NCBI GenBank assembly: GCA_026396175.1 | Contig: JAPLXG010000006.1 | Coordinates: 2,895 to 66,894 of the forward strand | Reading direction: 5' to 3' | DNA: 64,000 bases | Source of the DNA: Candidatus Moraniibacteriota bacterium | GTDB lineage: Bacteria > Patescibacteriota > Minisyncoccia > Moranbacterales > UBA2206 | Part shown: positions 31,221 to 40,952 of the stretch, one piece after another | Layout: every line of letters starts with the position of its first letter | Position numbering within the stretch: the stretch's first letter is position 1 | Notes under the pieces: model-generated | Told to the model about the DNA's origin: nothing | The model's database searches: none | The model's input: only the letters and a program-made list of their open reading frames with translations | Translations under genes and position numbers: made by a program

Positions 31221-33278
31221 ATGGCAAATTTAACTGAAAAATCGCAAGAAATCTGGGAAAAAATCAAAAAACAGCCAAAAGACATTTGGTTTTTCTATTT
31301 GTTTTTATTGACTTTTACGCTTGGGGTAAGAAAAGTAATATTATACTTTCCCTTGAAAGGTGCCTTTAACGAATACACCGGCGCATACGTTTATGCTTCT
31401 GATATATTCTTGTGTCTTACGATCATAGCCTGGGTCGTATCTATATTATACAACAAAATAGCATTATCGTCAAGTAACAGCGAAGCTGTTTCTGAAGTTA
31501 TCCACAGGATGGATGGTGGCGAAAAAGAGGAATTTAAAGTTAGCCATAAGTTATCCACAGGAAAATTTGCTTATTTTAAAGCATTTTTTTCCAGGATGTG
31601 GAAAATGTTCCACGTGGAACAATTTTACAATCAGAATTCAAGAAAATGTTCCACCCTCCTGCGCCAAGGCTTCGGCGGGCAAGCGTGGAACATTTTGAGT
31701 GGATTGGGTACTATTCCCCTGCTTTTGGTCATTTGGTCATTCATATCGGTCTTTTGGTCAGAAAATCAAGTAATTAGTGTTTGTAGATCTATTAAGTTTT
31801 TTGAACTGTATCTTCTGTTTATTTATATATCCATCAGATTCGTGCCATACTGCTTACTCAATTGTTCCACGTGGAACAATCTGCAATCTGGAAATGTTCC
31901 ACCCTCCTGCGCCGAGGCTTCGGCGGGCAGGCGTGGAACATTTTCAAATACAGAGGATGGTGGTGATGCTAAAATGTTCCACGTGGAACAATTTAGCTAC
32001 GTTTTGTCGAAAATGGCTAAATATTTCCGCGCAATCTTGTTGGGGCTGGTAGTAATTGCGCTGTTTGACCACTATTTGTGGGATATTTGGCAAGGTCAGG
32101 TCTTGTTTTGGCTGGTTTGTGGCGTTTTGGCAGGAGTTAGTTTTGGCGAGCAGTTTAATCTGAAAAAATGTTCCACGTGGAACATTTTCGAGAGTACTAT
32201 CAGTGAAATTGTTCCACGTGGAACAATTTATGCGGGGCGTCTGTTTTTCGGCATAATTATGCTTCTTGGTGTGACACAGTCTCTGATCGGAATTGCTCAA
32301 TTTATTGTTCAGCACTCAATCGGGCTATTTTGGCTCAAAGAAAGCCTAATTGGGCAAAGTATTCCCGGAGTGGCAAAGATTATCGCTAATCATCATGTTC
32401 TTATCCGTTCCTATGGCCTCTTTCCTCATCCAAATATCCTGGGGGGATTTTTGTTTTTTTCTATCATGATTACGCTTCTGTATAGAAAAATGTTCCACCC
32501 CGAAGAATCTGAAAATGTTCCACGTGGAACATTTTCAAATCACGGGACAGGCGCGGAACATACCGAGGAGAAAAATAATGTGAATTGTTCCACGTGGAAC
32601 AATTTTAGGCAAGTATGGAAAAATGTTCCACGTGGAACATTTTGGATATTACTAAAAGAAAAAGTGCTTATTATGGGCAATGTTATTAATTTAATATTGC
32701 TGATTCAGATATTTGGAATTCTTCTTTCCTTTTCTAAGTCAGCCGTTCTTACCTTACTCATTGCGCTTACTTATATAAATGTTCCACGTGGAACATTTTG
32801 GGGTAAGCGTGGAAAATCGTTTCACCCCGAAAAATCTGAAATTGTTCCACGTGGAACAATTTCAGATCACGGGGCAGGCGTGGAGCGATTTAGGATATTA
32901 CTTGGTTTGGGATTGGCCGTATTGGCAGGACTGTTTTTTCTTAGAGTCGAATTTTATGCCTTATTTATGAAGTCGCTTGCAGAAAGAGGGTTGTATTTGT
33001 CTATCTCCGAGCGGATAATTACAGATAATCCGATTATTGGGGTTGGCACTGGCCAGTTCATCGTGGCCGCAGAGAGGTTATTCCCAAATCTTGAGATCTG
33101 GCAATATCAGCCAGTGCATAATGTTTTTCTTTTAATTTGGTCAGAATGGGGGATTGTCGGGTTGGTTTTGTTTATTGTGTTTTTGTGGAAATTGTTCCAC
33201 GTGGAACAATTCTGTGAAAAGCCTCTTCTCCCTCAGGGAGAGGACCTGCCCGAAATGCAAATCGTTGCAGGCGGGTGA
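31221..33278 (+). CDS. O-antigen ligase/Wzy-like family membrane protein containing a parS array
   Basis: RSYGLFPHPNILGG, SFSKSA, GVGTGQF, QPVHNVFLLIWSEWG, FDHYLW. Confidence 0.85.
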   Translation: MANLTEKSQEIWEKIKKQPKDIWFFYLFLLTFTLGVRKVILYFPLKGAFNEYTGAYVYASDIFLCLTIIAWVVSILYNKIALSSSNSEAVSEVIHRMDGGEKEEFKVSHKLSTGKFAYFKAFFSRMWKMFHVEQFYNQNSRKCSTLLRQGFGGQAWNILSGLGTIPLLLVIWSFISVFWSENQVISVCRSIKFFELYLLFIYISIRFVPYCLLNCSTWNNLQSGNVPPSCAEASAGRRGTFSNTEDGGDAKMFHVEQFSYVLSKMAKYFRAILLGLVVIALFDHYLWDIWQGQVLFWLVCGVLAGVSFGEQFNLKKCSTWNIFESTISEIVPRGTIYAGRLFFGIIMLLGVTQSLIGIAQFIVQHSIGLFWLKESLIGQSIPGVAKIIANHHVLIRSYGLFPHPNILGGFLFFSIMITLLYRKMFHPEESENVPRGTFSNHGTGAEHTEEKNNVNCSTWNNFRQVWKNVPRGTFWILLKEKVLIMGNVINLILLIQIFGILLSFSKSAVLTLLIALTYINVPRGTFWGKRGKSFHPEKSEIVPRGTISDHGAGVERFRILLGLGLAVLAGLFFLRVEFYALFMKSLAERGLYLSISERIITDNPIIGVGTGQFIVAAERLFPNLEIWQYQPVHNVFLLIWSEWGIVGLVLFIVFLWKLFHVEQFCEKPLLPQGEDLPEMQIVAGG
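31498..31559 (+). promoter_or_regulatory. two perfect DnaA boxes (TTATCCACA)
   Basis: Exact matches at 31498-31506 and 31551-31559. Confidence 0.6.
31606..33208. promoter_or_regulatory. parS centromere cluster (TGTTCCACGTGGAACA x11, plus 4 split copies)
   Basis: Perfect copies start at 31606, 31863, 31975, 32169, 32210, 32516, 32586, 32624, 32780, 32843, 33193. Confidence 0.92.
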
Positions 33279-33296
33279 CCGAAGGACAGGTGAGGG
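33222..33296. repeat. family A arm interrupted by a 31-nt CCTG hairpin
   Basis: gagagga|cctgcccgaaatgcaaatcgttgcaggcggg|tgaccgaaggacaggtgaggg versus the uninterrupted arm at 30597-30624. Confidence 0.8.
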
Positions 33297-33456
33297 ATGG
33301 GCAATAAAATAGGTGCAATTCAGATTAGAATTTAAAATCGCTTGATTTGACAAATGGATTGAATTATTGCTTAATATATTTTGATATGGATACCTTTTTG
33401 TGGTATAGTTTAGGGGGAATAAGAAAGAAAGCCTAATTAATCATTTTTTAACTTAT

Positions 33457-34362
33457 ATGGAAAAATATTCATTTGAAAATGCTCAAGATGAAGCGATGAA
33501 AATGCAGGATAAAATTAAGTCTGGGACAAAGGGCTATAATGAAGCAGAACGACTAGTTGTGAATGAGCAACATCGAAATACCGTAGAAAAAAAATTGAAA
33601 GAGGAAATAACACCCCTAAAAGAAATAATACCTGGAATTAATTTAGAAAAAGAAGATGTTATCATGGAAGATATACACTGCTTTATCACAAGCGATCAAC
33701 CATATATTGATGAGATGAGAGAACGTGACGAAATGCCACACAAAACTTTTATAGAAGAATACAAAAAGTTAAAAGATAATCCTGAAAAGCAACGAGAATT
33801 TGCCGAGGAACACATAAATAACTATGCCCTATCAAAACTCAAAGACCAAGTTCTCATTGATCTTGGTGCATCAAATATTGGTGGATTATATCTTGCGTCC
33901 TTAGCTGAAGCGAAAGGTTATGTTGGCGTTGAAAGAGATAAATTTCTTCTGCCCACTACGGATAAGCGTAACCAAGAAAATTTAACAAAGTTAACCGAAT
34001 GCATGAAATCTAATGATATTGAAGGAATTGAAAATCATCTTCCTTGTGGTATGGAAGTAATTAGAGAAGACAATATCACACCGATTAAATTTAACTATGT
34101 TGAAAGTGATATGCTAAATTTTTTATCTAGATTACCTAATAATTCCGTAAGTGTTCTTTGCTCTGGCCTTGAAACATATGAAAGTTATAATCGAGAATAC
34201 ATGTGGAATCTCGCAAAAGAAGTTGCGAGAGTGCTTCATCCAGATGGTGCCTTAATTCAAAGTGGCGGTGGGACAGATGGCATCAGTAAAGATTATTTAA
34301 AACATAATGGAGTTGTTCGTGATATTGGAAAAGTATTTAAAAAAGATGAAGTAGAAAAATAA
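33457..34362 (+). CDS. hypothetical protein, possible class I SAM-methyltransferase-like fold
   Basis: LIDLGA, YVGVE, EVARVLHPDGALI. Confidence 0.55.
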   Translation: MEKYSFENAQDEAMKMQDKIKSGTKGYNEAERLVVNEQHRNTVEKKLKEEITPLKEIIPGINLEKEDVIMEDIHCFITSDQPYIDEMRERDEMPHKTFIEEYKKLKDNPEKQREFAEEHINNYALSKLKDQVLIDLGASNIGGLYLASLAEAKGYVGVERDKFLLPTTDKRNQENLTKLTECMKSNDIEGIENHLPCGMEVIREDNITPIKFNYVESDMLNFLSRLPNNSVSVLCSGLETYESYNREYMWNLAKEVARVLHPDGALIQSGGGTDGISKDYLKHNGVVRDIGKVFKKDEVEK

Positions 34363-34524
34363 ATTGCAGAAATTAAATACATCAAGGCAGGGGTTTTCCA
34401 AAACAGTGTATAACACGGTATATTCGGTTCTGCATCGCTCCATCCAAATTTATCGCAACTTCGAATATGCCAAATACGTTATGGCAAAATGTCGCCTGCT
34501 TCTCATGATGTGGAATAGATAGAT

Positions 34525-34552
34525 AAAAAAGACACCACACGGTGTCTTTTTT
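34525..34552. terminator. bidirectional terminator
   Basis: aaaaaagacacc-acac-ggtgtctttttt between convergent genes. Confidence 0.8.
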
Positions 34553-34574
34553 GGTGTCTAAATTGTGGATAAGT

Positions 34575-37019
34575 CTATAAAACTGTGATGGCCGACACTT
34601 TATCCCCAGCTTGTGGCCTCATAACTCTTACTCCTTGCGTGGCGCGGCCGAGGGTGGAGACGCTGGCTAGGGGGATGCGGATGATTTGGCCTTTGTCGGA
34701 AGTGAGGATGAGGTCGGCATCGAGGTTGTCGACGTTGATGACGCTGGCGCCGACTAGTTTTCCGGTTTTAGCTGTGACGGCGGCGGTTTTGATTCCGGAG
34801 CCACCACGTTTTTGGATTTTGTAGTATTTAATATCTGATCTTTTTCCATAACCATTTTCGGTGATGACCAAAAGTTGATTGCCTTTTTGATTTTTGAAAA
34901 AGACATCCATTCCCACTACGAGGTCATCTTTTTTCAGTTTGATGCCGCGGACACCTGTGGCAGAGCGACCCATTGAACGGACGTCGGATTCTTTGTAGTG
35001 AATAGCTTGACCCTGCGCGGTGGTGATGACGATTTCGTCTGTGCCAGTTGTGGCGCTGACCCAACGGAGAGCGTCGCCCTTATCGAGTTTAATGGCGATG
35101 AGTCCGGAGCGACGAACATTTTCAAATTCCTCGAGCGTGGTTTTTTTGACGGTGCCCATTTCTGTTGCCATAAAGAGGAATTTGTAGTTATCGTCTTTAT
35201 TGAAAGCAATGACGGCCGTTACTTTTTCTTCGCCGGACAGTTGGAGGAAGTTTACAATCGATTGACCTTTGGAAATTCTGGATGATTCGGGGATTTCATA
35301 GGCTTTGGTTTGGAAAACTTTTCCGCTGTTGGTAAAGAAAAGGAGATTGTCGTGCGTCATTACGCCCAAAAGTTTTTCAATTTCGTCGCCTTCTTTAGTG
35401 GTGGCGCCGATGACGCCTTTGCCGCCGCGTTTTTGGACTTTGTAGACAGTTGGATTCATCCGTTTGATGTAGCCTTCCTTGGAGATGGTGATGATGGCTT
35501 CTTCGTTGGGAACTAAATCCTCTTGCTTAAATTCGGAAACGCCGGATTTGATGATTTTGGTCATACGTTCATCGCCATATTTTTCTTTCACGCGCTCCAA
35601 TTCACTTTTGACAATGCCCAAAATTTTCTTTTCGCTCTTGAGAATTGCTTCCAGTTCAGCAATCAAGCGCAGTTTTTCGGCTAGTTCGTCTTCGATTTTT
35701 TTGCGTTCGAGACCAGCGAGGGTTTGCAAGCGCATTTCAAGGATAGCGGTAGTTTGGCGGTCAGAGAATTTAAACTTTTTCATCAAATTCGCATGCGCCT
35801 CTTCTTTAGTTTTGGATTTTCGGATAGTTTCGATAACGGCGTCAATGTGATCAAGGGCTTTTTTCAAACCTTCCAAGATGTGAGCGCGATCTTTGGCTTT
35901 TTCCAAATCGAATTTAGTGCGGCGAGTGATGACTTCTTTGCGGTGAAGAATATAATATTCAAAAATAGATTTCAAATTAAGCACGGTTGGTTCGATGCCG
36001 TTGACCAAGGCGAGCATATTGACATTGAAATTCTTTTGGAGATCAGTGAGATCATAGAGTTTATTGAGCACTTTTTGGGGATAGGCGTCTTTTTTAAGCT
36101 CAATAACCAAGCGCACTCCGTCCTTGTCGGATTCATCGCGAATGTCGCGGATGCCCACAATCTTGCCTTCTTTCACGAGATCAGCCATCCGTTCAATCAT
36201 GGTTGATTTATTGGTGGCATAGGTCATTTCCGTCACAATGATTTGAAATGCGCCAGCTTTTGTCTCGTTGATTTCGGCCTTCGCTCTAGTGAGGATTTTT
36301 CCACGGCCGGTTTTATAGGCTTCAACGATGTCTTTTTTGTTATAAATAATTCCACCGGTTGGAAAATCAGGACCTTTCACGAATTCACAAAGATCTTCGA
36401 CGGTTGCGTCGGGGTTGTCAATCAGATGGTCGATTCCTTCAATTAACTCTGTGATATTATGCGGTGGGATGTTGGTCGCCATACCAACGGCGATTCCCAT
36501 TGAGCCATTGAGGAGTAACTGGGGTAAATTAGCTGGTAAAACGGAAGGTTCTTTGTGCTGTCCGTCAAAGTTTGGCACGAAATCGACCGTATTTTTTTCA
36601 ATATCAGTGAGCATTTCTTCCGCGATGGAAGAAAGCTTAGCTTCAGTGTAACGATAAGCCGCCGCACTGTCGCCGTCCATCGAACCAAAGTTTCCCTGGC
36701 CTTTGACGAGGGGATAACGCAGAGAAAAGTCTTGCGCCATACGCACCATGGAATCATAGACCGCCACGTCGCCGTGCGGGTGATATTTACCAAGCACTTC
36801 TCCAACCACAGTGGCGGATTTGCGGAATTTAGCATTAGCGCGCAGTCCCGTGTTCCACATTGAGTAGAGAATTCTCCTGTGGACAGGCTTCATTCCATCG
36901 CGGACATCAGGCAGGGCGCGTGAAACGATGACGCTCATAGCATAATCCAGGTAGGATTGTTGGATTTCTTCGGTTATTTCTCTGGCTTGGATATTTTCCA
37001 GCTCAATTTTCATTTCCAT
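34575..37019 (-). CDS. gyrA: DNA gyrase subunit A
   Basis: [14 protein letters not shown], GyrA box QKRGGKG. Confidence 0.98.
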   Translation of the reverse strand: MEMKIELENIQAREITEEIQQSYLDYAMSVIVSRALPDVRDGMKPVHRRILYSMWNTGLRANAKFRKSATVVGEVLGKYHPHGDVAVYDSMVRMAQDFSLRYPLVKGQGNFGSMDGDSAAAYRYTEAKLSSIAEEMLTDIEKNTVDFVPNFDGQHKEPSVLPANLPQLLLNGSMGIAVGMATNIPPHNITELIEGIDHLIDNPDATVEDLCEFVKGPDFPTGGIIYNKKDIVEAYKTGRGKILTRAKAEINETKAGAFQIIVTEMTYATNKSTMIERMADLVKEGKIVGIRDIRDESDKDGVRLVIELKKDAYPQKVLNKLYDLTDLQKNFNVNMLALVNGIEPTVLNLKSIFEYYILHRKEVITRRTKFDLEKAKDRAHILEGLKKALDHIDAVIETIRKSKTKEEAHANLMKKFKFSDRQTTAILEMRLQTLAGLERKKIEDELAEKLRLIAELEAILKSEKKILGIVKSELERVKEKYGDERMTKIIKSGVSEFKQEDLVPNEEAIITISKEGYIKRMNPTVYKVQKRGGKGVIGATTKEGDEIEKLLGVMTHDNLLFFTNSGKVFQTKAYEIPESSRISKGQSIVNFLQLSGEEKVTAVIAFNKDDNYKFLFMATEMGTVKKTTLEEFENVRRSGLIAIKLDKGDALRWVSATTGTDEIVITTAQGQAIHYKESDVRSMGRSATGVRGIKLKKDDLVVGMDVFFKNQKGNQLLVITENGYGKRSDIKYYKIQKRGGSGIKTAAVTAKTGKLVGASVINVDNLDADLILTSDKGQIIRIPLASVSTLGRATQGVRVMRPQAGDKVSAITVL

Positions 37020-37100
37020 AGTGGTTTTTTCCGCCGGCTGGCGGATTGATTATTGGGGTAATGGTTTAGTTCTTATATAATGTTGGCTATTATCTGGTGC

Positions 37101-37448
37101 TTAGGGGGTATTGTCGAGTGCTGGTAGGTTACTATTGGAGGTAGGTGGCGTGTTACTGGGTGAGGGCTGGGTGGTGTCCGGGGCGGGTTTTTGCATATTA
37201 GCGTTCAGGTCGTCAAGGGATTTTTTTACGTCAGTTGTGGCGTCCTTGAGGGATTTTTTTTGAGTTTGCAAATCATCAAAAACGTTTTGTTGTTTGGCTA
37301 CGTCAGCTTTTTTGATTGAATCGGAAATGGAAAAAAACCAAAGCAGGAGAATGAAAAGCATCGAAACAACCACAGCTCCGTAGGTGTAGCGCAGGCGGAT
37401 ATGTTCCGGTTTTCGGCGGATTTCTTCAAGTTTTCTTTGGATATTCAT
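37101..37448 (-). CDS. hypothetical single-TM protein
   Basis: 115-aa ORF, KPEHIR + TM. Confidence 0.7.
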   Translation of the reverse strand: MNIQRKLEEIRRKPEHIRLRYTYGAVVVSMLFILLLWFFSISDSIKKADVAKQQNVFDDLQTQKKSLKDATTDVKKSLDDLNANMQKPAPDTTQPSPSNTPPTSNSNLPALDNTP

Positions 37449-37465
37449 TGGGGTTTTTGCAATAT

Positions 37466-37619
37466 CTCCTCCTCTCCCTTAGGGAGAGGATGTCCGAAGG
37501 ACAGGTGAGGGAAAGGGCTATGAGTTAGCACTAAACTAATTTAAAAATAAGTTTTTTGTAACAGAAAGGCTTCTCCCTCATCCGGCCTTCGGCCACCTTC
37601 TCCCTAATGGAGAAGGGGA
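37466..37619. repeat. family A repeat
   Basis: cctctcccttagggagaggatgtccgaaggacaggtgaggg / ccctcatccggccttcggccaccttctccc. Confidence 0.85.
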
Positions 37620-37658
37620 TTTAACCTAAATTTGTCAAAATTCTTAGTAGTTTCTTGT

Positions 37659-38318
37659 CTATTCAATACCCATAATCACAATTTCCATATTCTTGCCTTC
37701 CATTTCTTTGCCTTTCAGGTTCAATTTGGATGGTCGTTCTTTCACGCAGTAGCCCATTTCGGCGCAGAATTTGCTTTCATCGGCAATGTCAACAGTAGAA
37801 TTTTTCAGCTTAAAGTGCATTGGGATGACAATATTCGGTTCGATTTTTTTGATCGTTTCAATGGCTTTTTTATAGTCAATGGTATATTTTCCGCCAATCG
37901 GGACAAAAAGGACGTTCACTGTGCCGATTTTTTCCAGCTGTTTTTCGGTTAGATCGGTTCCAAGGTCGCCCAGATGGCATAGTTTAATTTCCTCCCCGTC
38001 AATCAGAAAGATTGTATTTGAGCCTCTTTCTTTTCCTTCAACACTGTCATGGTATGATGGAATGCCGATAACATTGACGCCTTTTACTGAATATTCGCCT
38101 GGCAGGTCAATGACGCGTGGCTCGCCTTTCAGGGCATCAACGTTATTGTGATCATGGTGATTATGCGAAACTAAGACGAAATCAGCTTGTCCTTGCGGTG
38201 GACGCAAGCCGACGGATTTATCAAATGGGTCGATGAATAAAACAACTTCATTTTGGCCTCGGCCGGCCGGTTTTAGGGAAATTTTAAAACAAGAGTGACC
38301 GTAGTATTGGATATTCAT
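37659..38318 (-). CDS. MBL-fold metallo-hydrolase
   Basis: GHSCF, SHNHHDH, HLGDLG, IPMHF. Confidence 0.93.
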   Translation of the reverse strand: MNIQYYGHSCFKISLKPAGRGQNEVVLFIDPFDKSVGLRPPQGQADFVLVSHNHHDHNNVDALKGEPRVIDLPGEYSVKGVNVIGIPSYHDSVEGKERGSNTIFLIDGEEIKLCHLGDLGTDLTEKQLEKIGTVNVLFVPIGGKYTIDYKKAIETIKKIEPNIVIPMHFKLKNSTVDIADESKFCAEMGYCVKERPSKLNLKGKEMEGKNMEIVIMGIE

Positions 38319-38423
38319 AGGTTTTTGGCTAAAAGTTTATTAACATACATATATTAGCACAGGAGAAAGGGGATGTCGAGGGAAAATTCGCTATTTCAGA
38401 AATTTTTTGCTAGAATGGTGAAT

Positions 38424-40004
38424 ATGAAAAAGGAAAAACTGGCTAAATTTGATATTCCTGCCCATATTCTTTTGGTGATGGAAAAGCTGGAAGAGGCGGG
38501 ATTTGAGGCATATGTCGTGGGCGGTTGCGTGCGGGATTTGCTAATGGGGCTCATACCTAAGGATTGGGATATCGCGACGAATGCTAAGCCGGAAGATGTG
38601 CAAAAAATATTTCCTGATTCTGTTTATGAAAATGAATTTGGGACGGTGGGGATCAAGATCAGAAATCAGAAGTCAGTGAACAGCGAACAGGAAACCGAAG
38701 AAAAAGAAATAACAGAAGTGGTTGAGGTGACAACCTATCGCATTGAATCAACATATTCCGATAAAAGGCATCCGGATGCGGTGAAGTTCGCGAAAACTTT
38801 GGAGGAAGATTTGTCTAGGCGTGATTTTACGATCAATGCGTTGGCGCTTGGGGTCAGTGATCAGAAATCCTTGCCTACCGGCAGGCAGGCAGTGAACAGT
38901 AAACAGAAAAAGATTGAAAAAATAGATGGTACTAAGTTTGAGCTAATAGATTTGTTTTCTGGACAGGAGGATTTGGAAAATAAATTAATTCGAGCGGTGG
39001 GGGATGCTAACGAAAGATTCAACGAAGACGCGCTGCGGATGATGCGGGCGATTCGGTTTTCGGTGACGCTGGATTTTGTGATTGAGGAAAAAACATTTGT
39101 GGCGATTCAAAAAAATGCGTCCAATTTAAAATTTATTTCGCCAGAAAGAATTCGAGATGAATTTTCGAAAATTATTTCGTCGCCAAGTCCGGCGAAAGGC
39201 ATTGAACGACTGCAAGAAACAGGAATTTTGAAAATAATTTTGCCAGAAATTGAAAGTGGAATTGGTGTGATGCAAAGTCATCATCATTACCATGGACCAT
39301 ATAATACAGTGTACAAACATTTAGTGGCATCTTTGGAAAAATGTCCGTCGCCAAAATTAGAAGTGCGTTTGGCGTCATTGCTTCACGACGTGGGAAAGCC
39401 AAAATCAAAAAGAGGGGAAGGCGAAAATGCGACATTCTATAACCACGAATATATCGGAGAGCGGATGACGAAAAATATATTGGAACGTCTGCGTTTTTCG
39501 CGGAGCGTGATTGATAAGGTGACGCTTTTGGTGCGAAATCATATGTTCTATTATAACGTTGACGAAGTGGGTGAAGCGGGTGTGCGGCGTGTGGTGCAAA
39601 AAATCGGGCTGGAAAATATCGGTGACCTAATTGACGTGCGGATTGCTGATCGTCTTGGTAGTGGCGTGCCGAAAGCGGTGCCCTATAAACTGCGTCATTT
39701 TCAGTTTATGGTGGAAAAAGTTTCCCACGACGCGATTTCTGTAAAACAGCTAAAACTGAACGGTAATGATTTGATGGAAGAACTCAATGTTGCTCCCGGA
39801 CCAAAAATCGGTGCGATTTTGGCCGTTTTGCTTTCGCAAGTGATTGATGATCCAGCACTTAATGACAAGAAAAAACTATTGGCATTGGCAAAAGAGTTGG
39901 CCAAAAGTAAGGTAGAGGATTTACGCAAGATGGCGGAGGAGAAAATTAAAAAGGAGCAAAAAAAAGAAGAAGAATTGATAAAGAAAAAACATAAGGTCAG
40001 TTAA
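38424..40004 (+). CDS. cca: CCA-adding tRNA nucleotidyltransferase with HD domain
   Basis: VGGCVRD..DWD, RRDFTINA, EDALRMMRA, LLHDVGK. Confidence 0.93.
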   Translation: MKKEKLAKFDIPAHILLVMEKLEEAGFEAYVVGGCVRDLLMGLIPKDWDIATNAKPEDVQKIFPDSVYENEFGTVGIKIRNQKSVNSEQETEEKEITEVVEVTTYRIESTYSDKRHPDAVKFAKTLEEDLSRRDFTINALALGVSDQKSLPTGRQAVNSKQKKIEKIDGTKFELIDLFSGQEDLENKLIRAVGDANERFNEDALRMMRAIRFSVTLDFVIEEKTFVAIQKNASNLKFISPERIRDEFSKIISSPSPAKGIERLQETGILKIILPEIESGIGVMQSHHHYHGPYNTVYKHLVASLEKCPSPKLEVRLASLLHDVGKPKSKRGEGENATFYNHEYIGERMTKNILERLRFSRSVIDKVTLLVRNHMFYYNVDEVGEAGVRRVVQKIGLENIGDLIDVRIADRLGSGVPKAVPYKLRHFQFMVEKVSHDAISVKQLKLNGNDLMEELNVAPGPKIGAILAVLLSQVIDDPALNDKKKLLALAKELAKSKVEDLRKMAEEKIKKEQKKEEELIKKKHKVS

Positions 40005-40224
40005 TATAAACTGAGCTGTTGCTTTTTTGGAGTTTCGCATTCGTCCGAAAAATTATTCCTAAAAGCGCGGTTTCCGTTTATTGGATAGTAGGCTGCTGGT
40101 TTACCGGACGACTAGGATGCTAAGAAAAAATAACGTGCGGAACAATTTTTCGGGCGAATGCGAAAGTCTTGGTTTATTCAAAAATAAATACTATATACCA
40201 AATACAAAATACCAGATACTAATT

Positions 40225-40887
40225 ATGGCTTCACAAATCGCGCATATTGTTTATGCCAAAAAATATTTTGATCAAATCGAAAACGGAAAAACCAATGATG
40301 ATTTTTTGGATGAAGAAAAAATAAAACATAATCGCAAGATTAATAAAGACGAGTTTATGTTGGGTACGACATTTCCTGATATCAGAAGAATTGAGCCAAG
40401 CATAAAAAGAAAAGACACGCATTTGCAATTTGAACCATTAAATTTGGATTTTTCTGGATTAACTTCTTTCGAGGCTGGTTGGAAATTTCATCTCTATTGT
40501 GATATGCGGCGCGATGAGATTCTTAATGCGCATGGCTTTTTCAAATTAGCGAAAACTGCCGAATTATTTGGGCATCCTGCCAAGTTTATAGAAGACGAAT
40601 TATTATATGACCACTATAATAATTGGGAGAAAGTGGCTAATTATTTCCGCAACCCACCACTGGTAAATTTGGATATTAAAGCAGATCGGCCGACTTTTGT
40701 TTTGTGGTATGCAATTCTGGCTAATTATATGGAAAAAAAACCAGATGAAAAGACGATACGAATTTTTCTTTCTAAAAAATCAAGTCTTTCGCAAAAAACA
40801 GATGAGATAATTGAAATCATTTCGGAGCTTAAGAAAAATAAAAAAGTTGTGGATATTTTAGAGCATGTTTTGGATGAGATTGTGTGA
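40225..40887 (+). CDS. hypothetical protein (possible Zn-binding phospholipase-C-like motifs)
   Basis: H near N-terminus, G..FPDIR, TH, HLYCD. Confidence 0.65.
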   Translation: MASQIAHIVYAKKYFDQIENGKTNDDFLDEEKIKHNRKINKDEFMLGTTFPDIRRIEPSIKRKDTHLQFEPLNLDFSGLTSFEAGWKFHLYCDMRRDEILNAHGFFKLAKTAELFGHPAKFIEDELLYDHYNNWEKVANYFRNPPLVNLDIKADRPTFVLWYAILANYMEKKPDEKTIRIFLSKKSSLSQKTDEIIEIISELKKNKKVVDILEHVLDEIV

Positions 40888-40952
40888 GTATAATTGTTAA
40901 GCTAAAGCTATGGCGCACTGCAACCGCCTTCGCTAAAGCTATGGCGGTCAAA

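Noticed and set aside
31606-33208. Repeated 16-mer as a CRISPR array
   Set aside because: Repeat too short, spacing irregular (38 to over 300 nt), lies within an ORF, no cas genes, and it matches parS
40884-40952. In-frame palindrome peptide (TAFAKAMAVK) at the Dxs N-terminus
   Set aside because: The repeat (gctaaagctatggcg twice) is real, but a GTG at 40953 gives a normal Dxs start, so it is probably not translated
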